From positions 1 through 63,513 of the IMG/VR virus record IMGVR_UViG_3300021964_006691: a stretch of 63,513 bases of DNA. The stretch is one strand, 5' to 3'. Shown here piece after piece: positions 1-10,372 of the stretch. The DNA is from a virus (taxonomy: Duplodnaviria; Caudoviricetes). The translations under genes were made by a program, and so were the position numbers. The number at the start of each line of letters is the position of its first letter. Within the stretch, counting starts at the first letter, position 1. The notes beneath the pieces are model-generated. The model was given only the letters and a program-made list of their open reading frames with translations, did no database searches and was not told where the DNA came from.

Positions 1-19
1 GGGATATTTAGATAGTAAT

Positions 20-2611
20 TTGGATCATTTTAATGACAAAGTAAACCAATCCAAAGTTTATGTTATACCTTCCAGTCACTGGAGTGATGCCGTAGATGCC
101 ACAAACGGTTTAGAACTTATAGATACATTTGAAAAAAATAAAAACTATTATCACACCTGGCGTAAAAAGGGTTATAAAAATATAGTAAATAGGTTCACTA
201 GGATATATGGTTATAGTTTGGAAAATTTACTTGACCCAGATAAGTTCATTCAAGGCGATGGTGATGTATATCAAAAATTACAAGGACTTGGTATTGAAAT
301 CACTCACAAAGGCGACAGCAGAAAAGGAGCACCTGGACAAGAAGATTTATTCCCAGATGAAGAAACACAAAATCCCAAAAGCGGAGAGCCATTAAACAGA
401 AGTAGTGGCATAAGTTGGGAAAATATGGATGACGAGGCAGAGCAAAAACGTTTTGATGCATTTGATTGGGACTATTATCCAGCAAAAATGAAAGATGTGG
501 TTGCAAAAGAAATGGCCAATAAAGAAAGTAGTGCAGGTAGTTTTAAAGTAGCATTAGATAATATTCTTAAAAAAGTACTTGACGGTGATGTAGGTATAGA
601 CAAAGACGATTTAGGTAAACCCATAGACAAGTTAGCCATAGCGGGTGGCCATGAGCCAGACAGTGGTGGCTCCTCAAATGGCATAGCAAATGAAACAAAC
701 TGGGGCAACTTGGCAGACTACTTAGGTATAGAACGTGGCGTAAATGACCAGGGTGTAGAGTTATTGAGAGTTGTAGTTAATCGAATTGACGGTAACCACA
801 ACTGGAAACCAAAAGAAACCGACGAGAATGGCAACAATGTAATTGGATTGCCTAGATGGGCCGCCGCAGTAAGAGAAGCAGAAAAATATATCAGAGACAA
901 CTACAATGTTAGTGGTGGCAACTATTTTAGAAAAGATGCAGACGGTAATGATGGCGATGATGTAAGTGGTGTATATAGTACACCTGACCAACAAGTGAAC
1001 ACAGATTACGATAAAGCCAGATCAGATTGGCCAGGCTTTGATAGAATGATGCAAAATGGTATGCACAATTACTTAGCACGTGGCGAAGTAAATCACTTAG
1101 TAGGATTTTTAAACAATCCAGATAATGATAATGTTTTCAAATCAAAGGTTTTACAAACTATCAAAGGCACAATATACCCTTTTAATAGTTTCCAAGATGC
1201 ACTAGCGGCCACACGTAGAAGTAATGAAAGTGTGTTTACCAAGTTTGATAAATTACCGTTAGAAGAACAGTTGCGTATAGTATCAAAATCCACAGTACTG
1301 GAAAAATTAAGTAAAAAAAGTGAAGGCCCGGCCAGTGACGCCTTGCCAGACAATAGTATACCTCACTTACTTAACAAATTATTATCACAGCCAATGCCGG
1401 CAGGCGACTTAAAGAAACAAATGGATGCCTATTGGGCCATGCCAGTACCACAAATGCTATCAGATTTCAGAGCTGTTAGAGGCACAGGTGGAGATAAATC
1501 AGATTTAAGGAATGTACTTAAAAGATATATTAACTCTCAGTTAGATCCTAGTATAAGGAAACAAGTAAAGTTAGTTGAAAACAAAGATGACGTGATTGAT
1601 AAAATACGAGACTTACCGGATGAAGACGAGCAGACAAGTAAAATAGTTTCTTATATTGAGCAATTATTAGATGATATGGGTGTTGGAGGCAGACTAGCAA
1701 GTTTAACTGCAAAATTAGATGATATAGATGACGCAGAGGTTAAAAGAGCAAATATAAAACTTGCAAAAATGATTGCTAGTATAGATATGACTCCTTTAGA
1801 AAGAGCACAACTTTTTGCTAGTTGGAAAAAAGATAAAATTATTGATATTAATAAAATGCTGTCTGGTGGCTCATATCATTTCTCAGAAATATTTAAAGGG
1901 TATAGTAAAGAAAATTACATGACAGAATTTGTAGATGATTTATCTGATATAGATTCTTATGGAGTAGGCGCTGGAGAATTTTTACTGTCAGTTTTAAGTA
2001 GAAAAATTAGAGGGATAGGCTCTACAGGAGGTTCAGGAGATTTAATTGTTGATGGCAGAAGTGTTGAAGTAAAAACAAAGACTAAAGAGAATGCTCGTTT
2101 TTATGATGACAATGTAAAGCCAGATCAATCATGGGCTGGTAGAACTGAAGGATTTAAAAAGGATTTTGCAGATATAGAAGAAGTAGCAAATATGCCTAGT
2201 TCAGGAATGAATCAAAGCCAGTTAGTGAGTATGCTCCAGAATCCAAAATTACAACAAGATCCTGCTAGAATGAAAAAGGTGCTTAGATCACTTGCTGGAA
2301 TTATACAAGCAATTATGCCTAATATAAACTCAAAACAGGTTAATTTAATAGTCAAAACAGCACAAAGTAATGATGCTAATGCATTTAAGCAAACTTATGG
2401 AGCATATAATATTTTAAATTATCTTAATGTTAAACGTAATAAAGGTGATTTAGAAGGAATATTATTTATGAACAAGCAGACTAAAATGTTATCATATGTA
2501 AAAGACTTAGATGATATTAAAAATAATTTTGTGTTAGTTGTTAATACAATTTATCCAATTAGTAGTATAATAAGGAATCCGTTCCCACAAATAGGATTGA
2601 AAACAAAATGA
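20..2611 (+). CDS. Large phage protein (5' end probably outside window) with C-terminal PD-(D/E)XK-like nuclease motif; possible virion/internal protein
   Basis: 863-aa ORF; C-terminal GAGEFLL...GDLIVDGRSVEVKTK resembles a restriction-endonuclease-fold active site. Confidence 0.5.
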   Translation: MDHFNDKVNQSKVYVIPSSHWSDAVDATNGLELIDTFEKNKNYYHTWRKKGYKNIVNRFTRIYGYSLENLLDPDKFIQGDGDVYQKLQGLGIEITHKGDSRKGAPGQEDLFPDEETQNPKSGEPLNRSSGISWENMDDEAEQKRFDAFDWDYYPAKMKDVVAKEMANKESSAGSFKVALDNILKKVLDGDVGIDKDDLGKPIDKLAIAGGHEPDSGGSSNGIANETNWGNLADYLGIERGVNDQGVELLRVVVNRIDGNHNWKPKETDENGNNVIGLPRWAAAVREAEKYIRDNYNVSGGNYFRKDADGNDGDDVSGVYSTPDQQVNTDYDKARSDWPGFDRMMQNGMHNYLARGEVNHLVGFLNNPDNDNVFKSKVLQTIKGTIYPFNSFQDALAATRRSNESVFTKFDKLPLEEQLRIVSKSTVLEKLSKKSEGPASDALPDNSIPHLLNKLLSQPMPAGDLKKQMDAYWAMPVPQMLSDFRAVRGTGGDKSDLRNVLKRYINSQLDPSIRKQVKLVENKDDVIDKIRDLPDEDEQTSKIVSYIEQLLDDMGVGGRLASLTAKLDDIDDAEVKRANIKLAKMIASIDMTPLERAQLFASWKKDKIIDINKMLSGGSYHFSEIFKGYSKENYMTEFVDDLSDIDSYGVGAGEFLLSVLSRKIRGIGSTGGSGDLIVDGRSVEVKTKTKENARFYDDNVKPDQSWAGRTEGFKKDFADIEEVANMPSSGMNQSQLVSMLQNPKLQQDPARMKKVLRSLAGIIQAIMPNINSKQVNLIVKTAQSNDANAFKQTYGAYNILNYLNVKRNKGDLEGILFMNKQTKMLSYVKDLDDIKNNFVLVVNTIYPISSIIRNPFPQIGLKTK

Positions 2612-3216
2612 AACTAAGAAATATCTTTGAAAACCAACCAAGTCTACCAGGTATACAAAATGCTAAAATACAAATGACTTATCTACCCAAAGATAAATGG
2701 GATTGGACTGATTATGCAAAAGATGTATATAATCAAGGTGGTTTAAATGCATTATTTGATTTTCTTGCTAAAAAGTTTAAGCAATCCGCAGAAGAAATTA
2801 AACAAGATTATGATGGTGACAGAGCACAATTTACTTCAGAAATAGAAGCAGTAGAAGAATACCTTGACATTATGAGTAAAATACCATTAAATGCTGAAGC
2901 CGGAGGCGGTGGTGGCGGTGGTGCCGGAGGCGGTGGTGGCGGTGGTGCCGGAGGCGGTGCTGGAGCCGGAGCAGGTGGCGGTGCAAGTGCTGGTACAGGA
3001 GCAAGTTCAGGTGGTGATGGTGGCGGAACAAGTTCAAGCGGAGACGGAGGGTCTGCAGACAGTGGCGACACTGGTTCCTCTGACTCTGCCCCTACAAGTG
3101 ATGCTCCTGTCAGTAGAGGGTATGCATTTTTAGGTAGTATGGTACCAGGCAAAAAGAAAAAGAAGAAAAAGAAGAAAAAAACAAAAGATTTTGATTTCGG
3201 TAAAGGCGTTTATTAA
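2608..3216 (+). CDS. Gly/Ser-rich protein with poly-Lys tail; putative head cargo protein
   Basis: N-terminus MKLRNIFE; long G/A/S tract; KKKKKKKKKKTK; overlaps the upstream stop (ATGA). Confidence 0.7.
   Translation: MKLRNIFENQPSLPGIQNAKIQMTYLPKDKWDWTDYAKDVYNQGGLNALFDFLAKKFKQSAEEIKQDYDGDRAQFTSEIEAVEEYLDIMSKIPLNAEAGGGGGGGAGGGGGGGAGGGAGAGAGGGASAGTGASSGGDGGGTSSSGDGGSADSGDTGSSDSAPTSDAPVSRGYAFLGSMVPGKKKKKKKKKKTKDFDFGKGVY
2899..2959 (+). repeat. 24-nt tandem repeat (2.5 copies) encoding AGGGGGGG
   Basis: GCCGGAGGCGGTGGTGGCGGTGGT at 2899 and 2923, partial copy at 2947. Confidence 0.85.
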
Positions 3217-3218
3217 AG

Positions 3219-5201
3219 ATGAAATTATTTGAATTACAAGACAGACCTGAGCAAGAAAAGAATTTTGACAGAAATGTTATGCCTCAGATCAGAAAAGATA
3301 ATTTACAAAACTCACCTTTTCAATTTAAAAAAGGTAAAATTCGTCTGGATAAACTAAAACCGGTACAAAGCCAACGTGTAGAAGGTATGCATGATAAAGC
3401 AAAGCAGGGCTTTGCTGATGGTAGCATTAGACCCATAGTTATAGATAAAAACAATTATATCGTAAATGGACATCACAGATATGATGTTGCAAGAGGGTTA
3501 GAGCTAAAGAAAGTCAGGGTGTTAAAAGTAGAAGCCTCAGTAGAGGATCTTATTGAGTATTTTACAGACACAGCAAGTCCTGAGCCCACATATGAACAAA
3601 TTATGAAAGCAAAAGTAGATAGTTTAATGGAAACTATTGAAGCATCACAAGACATAAGTGCATTAATGAAAGCCATAGAGGCAGACTTAAAGCAACGTGA
3701 AAAGGACTTAAAACGACTGCCTAAAAAGAGTGTGTACGAAGCACCTATAATTAGACCCCAAGGATCTTATGATCCAGATGCCAACGATGCATATAATACT
3801 GCTACAAATAGACGTCCTCCTAAATATGATTATGATCCTGAAATGGATTACAGACCAGGTAAAAGTTTAGGTAGTATTCCAACTATACAATCTGAAACTG
3901 AAGTAGTACAGATGCCTAATGGAGATTTGTATTTGTTTTATGCTAATACTAAACCTAAATCTACTACACCGGAACAAAAAAGCATATGGCAAAAGTTTGT
4001 TACCACAATACTAAAAAATCCTAAAGCAAACCAAACTGGACCTAACAAAGAAAAAAATGTACTAGGTTTCTTAAAACTAAACCCTTTTGAGGACGGATAC
4101 AGAGTTGCTGGTGTTGGTATGGACCCTGAAATACGAGGACAAGGCAAAGCAATAAAATTGTACTTGGCCTTTAGTGCCTGGAAAGGCGTCCCTATATATT
4201 CAGATTTTTCACAAACGCCTAGTGCTAAAACAATGTGGAGCAGTATAACAGCCCGATATCCCAAAAGAGTCGTTGCTTATGACCAGAAAAGTAAAAAAGA
4301 TATACCTTTAGTCAAAGCAGGAGATATGTATCAAGATCAGCCAGATGATTTTGATAAAATGACTCAGCAGAAAGCCACAAAAGTTTTAGGCGGTACTAAA
4401 CTGTTTAAGTTGTTACCAGAGGGCGAAGTTATACACAAGAACTTTGGACGTGATCAATCAATTGAAAAACAAATAAATCCAGGTGAACCACAAAAAGCCT
4501 ATGATGCCTATGATGGTGATTACCTTCCATTTTATTTCAGCAATGGTTGGAAACTAAACGTAATGGACCCAGAATACTCAAATTATGAACATGAAGTTTG
4601 GGTATTAAAAGATGAAAATGGTAAACAAATAGAAAAAGGCGAAAAACAATCTGATCTTATATCAACATTACAAAACATGACACAAATACCTATACGAGAA
4701 AACTTTCCTGTACCACCAACTAATGATAAGTTATTGCAAAAAATTAGGGACTGGAAAATAAGAGGTCACCATGGTGACGTTGCTCGAGCTCCAGGGATAC
4801 CTGCATTAGGAGTAACTCCTGGAGATAGTGAATTATTTAGTATGTGTGATAATTATTTATTGAACCCAGATAAACCTATGGCAGGTAAAATAGAAGTAAT
4901 ACAAAAACTAGATCTTGCAATGGATATGGATTCATCTACAACTCCTACAGAAAAAGATGTTTATGATTATATAAGAGGTACAGGAGTAGATATGCCATTT
5001 ATACCACCAGACATAGATGAAAACTTTGCTGACGGTAAAGTGAAAGGAAAAAGTCGTCCAGGCAGAGTAAAGAAGTCAGGTGCAAGTTGTAATGGCTCAG
5101 TGACAAGTTTACGCAAAAAAGCAAAAAACAGCAGTGGTGAGAAGTCAAAAATGTATCACTGGTGTGCCAACATGAAGGCTGGCAGAAAAAAATTTAAATA
5201 A
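3219..5201 (+). CDS. Multidomain protein: ParB/Srx-like N-domain, GNAT-like middle domain, basic C-terminal module
   Basis: PIVIDKNNYIVNGHHRY (ParB-like); MDPEIRGQGKAIKLY (acetyl-CoA motif A); terminal ENFADGKVKGKSRPGRVKKSGASC...HWCANMK. Confidence 0.65.
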   Translation: MKLFELQDRPEQEKNFDRNVMPQIRKDNLQNSPFQFKKGKIRLDKLKPVQSQRVEGMHDKAKQGFADGSIRPIVIDKNNYIVNGHHRYDVARGLELKKVRVLKVEASVEDLIEYFTDTASPEPTYEQIMKAKVDSLMETIEASQDISALMKAIEADLKQREKDLKRLPKKSVYEAPIIRPQGSYDPDANDAYNTATNRRPPKYDYDPEMDYRPGKSLGSIPTIQSETEVVQMPNGDLYLFYANTKPKSTTPEQKSIWQKFVTTILKNPKANQTGPNKEKNVLGFLKLNPFEDGYRVAGVGMDPEIRGQGKAIKLYLAFSAWKGVPIYSDFSQTPSAKTMWSSITARYPKRVVAYDQKSKKDIPLVKAGDMYQDQPDDFDKMTQQKATKVLGGTKLFKLLPEGEVIHKNFGRDQSIEKQINPGEPQKAYDAYDGDYLPFYFSNGWKLNVMDPEYSNYEHEVWVLKDENGKQIEKGEKQSDLISTLQNMTQIPIRENFPVPPTNDKLLQKIRDWKIRGHHGDVARAPGIPALGVTPGDSELFSMCDNYLLNPDKPMAGKIEVIQKLDLAMDMDSSTTPTEKDVYDYIRGTGVDMPFIPPDIDENFADGKVKGKSRPGRVKKSGASCNGSVTSLRKKAKNSSGEKSKMYHWCANMKAGRKKFK

Positions 5202-5209
5202 ATAGTAGT

Positions 5210-6391
5210 ATGTCCAAATACAGTAAAAGATTTTACACTGGTAAATCTATATCTAGTCAAGATAAAAACATTGCATTACCAGAATACTTAAATGAAGTAA
5301 AAGAAAATACCAGTTATGGTGAAAGAAGCCGCAACTCAGATTCCTCTACGAATGAACTGGAACATCCGCCAGACCAATACAAAATAGACTTGCATGATAT
5401 GAGAACAGCTCTTAATTATCATCTACAAGGGTTTACTAAGTATCTTAAACAGAACGAACTATCACCAGATAGCAAATATTCTAAATCTGTAAATTGGTTT
5501 CCTTCTGATACTGAAGATTTATTTTATACAAATATGAAAGACGAAGTCACAAGTGGACTCATGGAAAAGGCAGGTTGGTGTAGTAAAGATAAAAAACCTA
5601 AGGATGATCTTACATACAATGTAAATAAGCATGGATTCAGGTGTATTAATTTTAGAGGAAAAGATCCAAGACCTGGAATTTTAAGTTTAGGGTGTAGTTT
5701 TACATTTGGTATAGGTTTAAAAAATAGTCAAACATTTGCACAAAAAGTTGCTGATAACTTTGGTATGGAAAATTATAATCTTGGTGTCCCAGGACGCGGA
5801 CTAGATGTATTAGCAATATATCTCAGTATGTTTATAGAAAGGGAAATAGACATCAACTTGATAAAGGCTATTGTGGTGTTCCTGCCACCACCAGGAAGAG
5901 AAACGATTTTTAATTATAGTCATGGATGTTTAAAAATGACTGATGCTCATTTAGACGTTTTAGCATCTACTAATTATTATCAAGATAGTTTTTTAGATGA
6001 ACTAGAAGAGATTGATGATGACATATTACAGAAATTTGGTAAATATGATGCAATCGACAACAGAGAGAAAGTTAGAGGAATGTTAGAGGACGGGTTATAT
6101 GGACACCTGCAAAAATTTAGATCTAGTCTATATGAACACAACTATTTTACACAGGAAAATAATTTTAAAAGAGACATACTTAATGTTAACTCAATAAAAT
6201 TGTTTGCTATGACGCATAATATTCCATTAGTAATACAACAAAATAAATCACTTATTTATAAAAGGTATTTAAATACCTTTGCAAATGCTCCAGACTTTGA
6301 CCTTGCAAGAGATATGAGGCACCCTGGGACAATAACGCATCATAACATTGCACAAAGTATCATATCAAAATTAAATATTCATTTAACATAG
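5210..6391 (+). CDS. SGNH/GDSL-like hydrolase-fold protein
   Basis: LGCSFTFG, YNLGVPG and C-terminal RDMRHPG (DxxH) blocks. Confidence 0.55.
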   Translation: MSKYSKRFYTGKSISSQDKNIALPEYLNEVKENTSYGERSRNSDSSTNELEHPPDQYKIDLHDMRTALNYHLQGFTKYLKQNELSPDSKYSKSVNWFPSDTEDLFYTNMKDEVTSGLMEKAGWCSKDKKPKDDLTYNVNKHGFRCINFRGKDPRPGILSLGCSFTFGIGLKNSQTFAQKVADNFGMENYNLGVPGRGLDVLAIYLSMFIEREIDINLIKAIVVFLPPPGRETIFNYSHGCLKMTDAHLDVLASTNYYQDSFLDELEEIDDDILQKFGKYDAIDNREKVRGMLEDGLYGHLQKFRSSLYEHNYFTQENNFKRDILNVNSIKLFAMTHNIPLVIQQNKSLIYKRYLNTFANAPDFDLARDMRHPGTITHHNIAQSIISKLNIHLT

Positions 6392-6398
6392 ATAAATA
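6391..6398 (+). promoter_or_regulatory. T4-like late promoter GATAAATA (representative; other copies at + 7608, 10340, 12980, 16702, 24197, 25851, 51309, 53358, 62576 and - 20514, 30319, 34130, 37641, 42673, 42919, 45245)
   Basis: Recurrent intergenic octamer resembling the T4 gp55 consensus TATAAATA, generally oriented toward the adjacent gene; exact TATAAATA at 21619, 22441, 34327. Confidence 0.8.
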
Positions 6399-6403
6399 GT
6401 TAT

Positions 6404-6988
6404 ATGCTTATAAGAGATATAATAAATGAGACTACCAGTGCTGGTGGTATAGCCACAGTTGCTCAACCTATGGGTAAAATGATTAAGCGACCTAATCCTA
6501 GTATATATGGGAAGAAGAAAAAAACTACTGAAGATCAGGTACCTTATCTACAAAGACCTAACACAGGATATGCAAAAGCAATAGCAGATTATTTAAGATT
6601 AAATCCTGGTAAAACAGAAGAAGATTTTAAACTGCTTACACCTAAAAAACAAGAGAAGTATCTAGACAAGTATTTAGAAAGCAAAAAACAGAAAATCAGA
6701 GTCGCAGAAAGTAATCCACGCAGAGAAGCCGCAGTAAAAGTATTAGTAGATAAGATTAAGGCTAAAGGTTTAGACCAATTCAGAGAATATCAAGGTAACA
6801 TTGACCGCGATGCAATAGAATCATATATGGCTCGTAACATGCCGGATAGTTATAGAGGTCGTGATACAGGCAAAGCCATAGAAGACGCTATGGCAGAATT
6901 AGAATCATCGTTTGTTGAAGGCAAAAGCCCACACAAAAAAGGCACCAAAAAATACAAAAAACATATGGCGGCAATGCACGCCGGATAG
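6404..6988 (+). CDS. Putative head cargo protein
   Basis: MLIRDIINE N-terminus; C-terminal basic module EGKSPHKKGTKKYKKHMAAMHAG; late promoter 5 nt upstream. Confidence 0.65.
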   Translation: MLIRDIINETTSAGGIATVAQPMGKMIKRPNPSIYGKKKKTTEDQVPYLQRPNTGYAKAIADYLRLNPGKTEEDFKLLTPKKQEKYLDKYLESKKQKIRVAESNPRREAAVKVLVDKIKAKGLDQFREYQGNIDRDAIESYMARNMPDSYRGRDTGKAIEDAMAELESSFVEGKSPHKKGTKKYKKHMAAMHAG

Positions 6989-6989
6989 T

Positions 6990-7214
6990 ATGAGAGCAGT
7001 CAAAGATAAAAACAAATATTTAAACTTAATCAGTAGTACTGAAGCAAGGTTATTCAATAAAGTTGATTTATCAGGCTTCGTAAGTGTAAATACATTAGAC
7101 GAAAGAGAGCAATATATTGCAGAAGAACTTTATAAAAAAGATGTACTGCAAAAAATACAAAAAGGTGAGCAAGTTGGCTACAAAATCTACCCACAAAAGG
7201 AAAAACTACAATAA
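6990..7214 (+). CDS. Hypothetical phage protein (start reassigned to ATG 6990)
   Basis: MRAVKDKNK...; begins right after the upstream TAG. Confidence 0.6.
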   Translation: MRAVKDKNKYLNLISSTEARLFNKVDLSGFVSVNTLDEREQYIAEELYKKDVLQKIQKGEQVGYKIYPQKEKLQ

Positions 7215-7587
7215 AAAGTTTTTAGCAAAAAAATTAGATGGTTTAGCAAAGAAAGTTGCTAAACGTGATGTTTTTATTGTTAAAAAAACTGATCCTGGAT
7301 ATAATATAGTAAACTATGTAACTAAAGAAGTTCTAGTTGAAAATGTGCCTTTTCTAAATGTTGCAAAAAGAGCCTGCAAAAGTTTTAATGCTTCGAAAGA
7401 AAAAGTAAACGGATCCTCAATGCAAAAAGATGTAGATATCTATTTTAAGCACTATATGGATATACAATTTTATAAAAATACAGTAAAAACAAGCCAAGAT
7501 AAAAACAGAGTATTTAATGCAGGTGTAAGAATGGCAGATAGTTTAGACTACATAAGAGAAGCAAAACTCAGACTGTCATATTTTTAA
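7174..7587 (+). CDS. Hypothetical basic phage protein (probable TTG start at 7174)
   Basis: In frame with ORF 7117-7587; AGGTGAG just upstream of the TTG. Confidence 0.55.
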   Translation: MATKSTHKRKNYNKKFLAKKLDGLAKKVAKRDVFIVKKTDPGYNIVNYVTKEVLVENVPFLNVAKRACKSFNASKEKVNGSSMQKDVDIYFKHYMDIQFYKNTVKTSQDKNRVFNAGVRMADSLDYIREAKLRLSYF

Positions 7588-7648
7588 GACAAAAAATCTA
7601 ATAAAATGATAAATAAGGAGTATATAGAATATACTTTAGGAAGAAACT

Positions 7649-8947
7649 ATGTTTATTAGAGATTTTAATCAGCAAGGTCAAACAAAGATCAACAAAATTA
7701 ACGAATTGTTAAGTAAAGAATTCGGTATGTCAATTAAGACATCTTTCCCTAAGAAAGAAAAATTAAATAACATATTAGAAATGTCAAACAAAGCAATTAT
7801 CAAACTGAAAGATTCCAGCAAGAACTTTCAGTTAGAACCAGAATATGCAAAATTTTTAGGCATTAAAGATATAATGCAAACTATGATTGCAGAAGGCATG
7901 TATGCTGAATCACCTGCAAATATCCAAATGAAAGAAAAACTGTGTGCAGAAGTACAACAGTTGATGGATAGCGGATGTACTGAATCAGAAGCAGTCACAA
8001 ATTGTATGGTTAACTTTAAAAAAGGTCCAACAGCTCACAGCGAAGAATGGGCACTTCCTATAGTAATGATGGCGGCAAAACAATATATGCAAGACAGTAA
8101 TTGTGAATCATTAGAAGAGATTGCTGTTGAAGGTCCTAATACAGATTTAAACGAATACCTACTAAGCGAACTAGCAAAAGAAGTAGGTGTTGAACTTACA
8201 GACCCTTCAAGCATAGATGCTATAGAAGAAAAACTTGGATTGTTTGCTGAAGTATCAGGTAAGAGCAGAGACTCAGTTGTTGGCTTCCTAAACGGCTTAG
8301 AAGAAGATGCATTACCACAAGGTATTAAATTCTTTGGTGCTAAAGTAAGTGAACAAAATAAATTTACTGGTGCTAGAAAAGATGCTATTCTACAAGGTAA
8401 AGACGAGTTTGAAGTAGACGGTGAGACATATAAAGTTACAGGCGATACTAAAGACGAAAAGAAAAACGAAAGTATGTTTGATGACATTATAGATGACATG
8501 TTATCAGAAGAAATTGAAGGCACAACTGTAGAAGAAGCAGAAGTTGTTATGGCTGTTAGAGCATTAGCAGACGACATTCAGGACCATGTTGAAAGACTAG
8601 GCAGAATGGTAAACGAAGATATTCCTGCTATTGCAGATCAAATGATACACGAATTTGGTGCAGATAAATCAGCACAATTTAAAGCATCAGCAGAAGAGAC
8701 TTTAAGCTCAGCATTAGAGAGTGCCAAACAGGCAAAAGAAGGTGTTAACCAACTAGTTGGTGGCATTACAGGCGAAGATATGGGACTGGCTGGAGATGAT
8801 ACTGGAAGTATAGATGACATGCCATTGGGCGGAGATAGTCCTATCGATGATATGGAAGAATTACCAGAACCTGAAATGGATGTAAACGAACCAGCGGCGG
8901 CAGGACCAGAAGAAGAGCCTCTAGGCAGAGCACCTATAGAGGTGTAA
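7649..8947 (+). CDS. Acidic helical protein, probable prohead core/scaffold-type protein
   Basis: Very Glu/Asp-rich, many hydrophobic-x-E sites; late promoter at 7608. Confidence 0.5.
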   Translation: MFIRDFNQQGQTKINKINELLSKEFGMSIKTSFPKKEKLNNILEMSNKAIIKLKDSSKNFQLEPEYAKFLGIKDIMQTMIAEGMYAESPANIQMKEKLCAEVQQLMDSGCTESEAVTNCMVNFKKGPTAHSEEWALPIVMMAAKQYMQDSNCESLEEIAVEGPNTDLNEYLLSELAKEVGVELTDPSSIDAIEEKLGLFAEVSGKSRDSVVGFLNGLEEDALPQGIKFFGAKVSEQNKFTGARKDAILQGKDEFEVDGETYKVTGDTKDEKKNESMFDDIIDDMLSEEIEGTTVEEAEVVMAVRALADDIQDHVERLGRMVNEDIPAIADQMIHEFGADKSAQFKASAEETLSSALESAKQAKEGVNQLVGGITGEDMGLAGDDTGSIDDMPLGGDSPIDDMEELPEPEMDVNEPAAAGPEEEPLGRAPIEV

Positions 8948-8948
8948 A

Positions 8949-9293
8949 ATGCTTATTAACGAAGTAGTACTTAAAGAAAAAAACACTGATTATGAAGCAG
9001 GGCTTTTATCCAAAATTCAGGATGTCTTAACAGTTGCTATGTCTCGTGATATTAAAAAAGTATCAACAGAAAAATTCCTTAAAATACTAGATTCTAATGG
9101 TTACACAGATTTAACTATGGACCAATTAAAGTTAGCAGTCAACAAGAGTGGGTTTGCTAACAGTATAGATGACGATATTATTGTACCCAAAGATGAATTA
9201 GGTGCAGATATAGACACAGAAGTAGAGCCTACTGTAGATGTAGGAGCAATGGCAGGTGATCAAGCCATGTCAGATATAAAGGCAGAATTATAA
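8949..9293 (+). CDS. Hypothetical late protein
   Basis: MLINEVVLKE N-terminus; directly follows the upstream gene. Confidence 0.65.
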   Translation: MLINEVVLKEKNTDYEAGLLSKIQDVLTVAMSRDIKKVSTEKFLKILDSNGYTDLTMDQLKLAVNKSGFANSIDDDIIVPKDELGADIDTEVEPTVDVGAMAGDQAMSDIKAEL

Positions 9294-9613
9294 TGGCTAA
9301 TATTTTTGTAAATGCCACACAGGCAAGAGCTAACAGCAGGAATAACGTAGTTATTCATGGCGAAATAAAAACTATTGAATCAGAAGTTTTTTCAAATATA
9401 GATTCAGGCGTACTATACGCAAATGTAGTTTCAAATTCTACAATGACAAACAGTAATGTATATTACTATGTTTGGAATGGAACCACAACAGATCCCACAA
9501 AACTAGATCAAATTAATTATGTTAAAAAATATTTTACTGATCTAGGGTATGGTGTAAACATCACCACAAATACCAGTTCAAATAATACTATTTCCTGGAA
9601 CGTTTCCTGGTAA
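9293..9613 (+). CDS. Hypothetical, probable virion protein
   Basis: Asn/Thr/Ser-rich; ends ISWNVSW. Confidence 0.6.
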   Translation: MANIFVNATQARANSRNNVVIHGEIKTIESEVFSNIDSGVLYANVVSNSTMTNSNVYYYVWNGTTTDPTKLDQINYVKKYFTDLGYGVNITTNTSSNNTISWNVSW

Positions 9614-9647
9614 ATAGACATATAACGAACAACTTAAAACAATTTTA

Positions 9648-10325
9648 ATGCTAATAAACAAATTCGAATACCCCACTCTGCGAAGAGAAACCCAAGCAAA
9701 CGGAAAAAGACAATATGTTGGTGACGACAGTATTCCTGTACCTAGTGTGACCACAGTACTAAGTGAAACAGGAGATAAAACTGCTTTAATGAACTGGCGT
9801 AAACGTGTAGGAGATGCAGAAGCAAATCGTATTAGTCAGGAAGCCGCAGGTCTTGGCACCAAAGTACATAACGCAATCGAAAAATATGTACTTAACGAAG
9901 AATATGAAATAAAAGGAAACAATCATATCAGTATTATGGCTAAAAATATGCTGGAAGAAATGATTGAACAAGGACTAAGTAAAGTAGACGAGTTATGGGG
10001 TGTTGAAGTAGGATTAATTGCGTCAGGATTATATGCTGGTACCTCAGATGCTATAGGAGTATATGAAGGCCAAGATGCTATAATTGACTTTAAGACTGCT
10101 AAAAAAATTAAAAAACGCGAATGGATCGAGGACTACTTTATGCAAGGTTGTGCCTATGCATTAGCCCATAATGAAATGATGGGGACAGAAATCAGTAAAG
10201 TTGTTATACTAATGGTTGATAGAGAAGGTAAATTTGCTGAGTTCACCATTGAAGGTGAGGAATTCGAACAATATTGTGAGAAATGGTCAAATAGACTAGC
10301 AGATTATTACGCAAAGATTTCATAA
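9648..10325 (+). CDS. PD-(D/E)XK exonuclease (phage exonuclease family)
   Basis: PSVTTVL, GTKVH, E..AGTSD...IIDFKT, Q..AYA motifs. Confidence 0.85.
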   Translation: MLINKFEYPTLRRETQANGKRQYVGDDSIPVPSVTTVLSETGDKTALMNWRKRVGDAEANRISQEAAGLGTKVHNAIEKYVLNEEYEIKGNNHISIMAKNMLEEMIEQGLSKVDELWGVEVGLIASGLYAGTSDAIGVYEGQDAIIDFKTAKKIKKREWIEDYFMQGCAYALAHNEMMGTEISKVVILMVDREGKFAEFTIEGEEFEQYCEKWSNRLADYYAKIS

Positions 10326-10372
10326 ACTTTTCAGAAAATGATAAATACTAGGTAATAGGAGACTTATTTAGT

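Noticed and set aside
2808-3152. Pro-rich minus ORF and Val/Ala alternate-frame ORF
   Set aside because: By-products of the Gly-codon repeat in 2608-3216
9648-10325. Cas4 call for the exonuclease
   Set aside because: No Fe-S cysteine cluster and no CRISPR context; generic phage PD-(D/E)XK exonuclease
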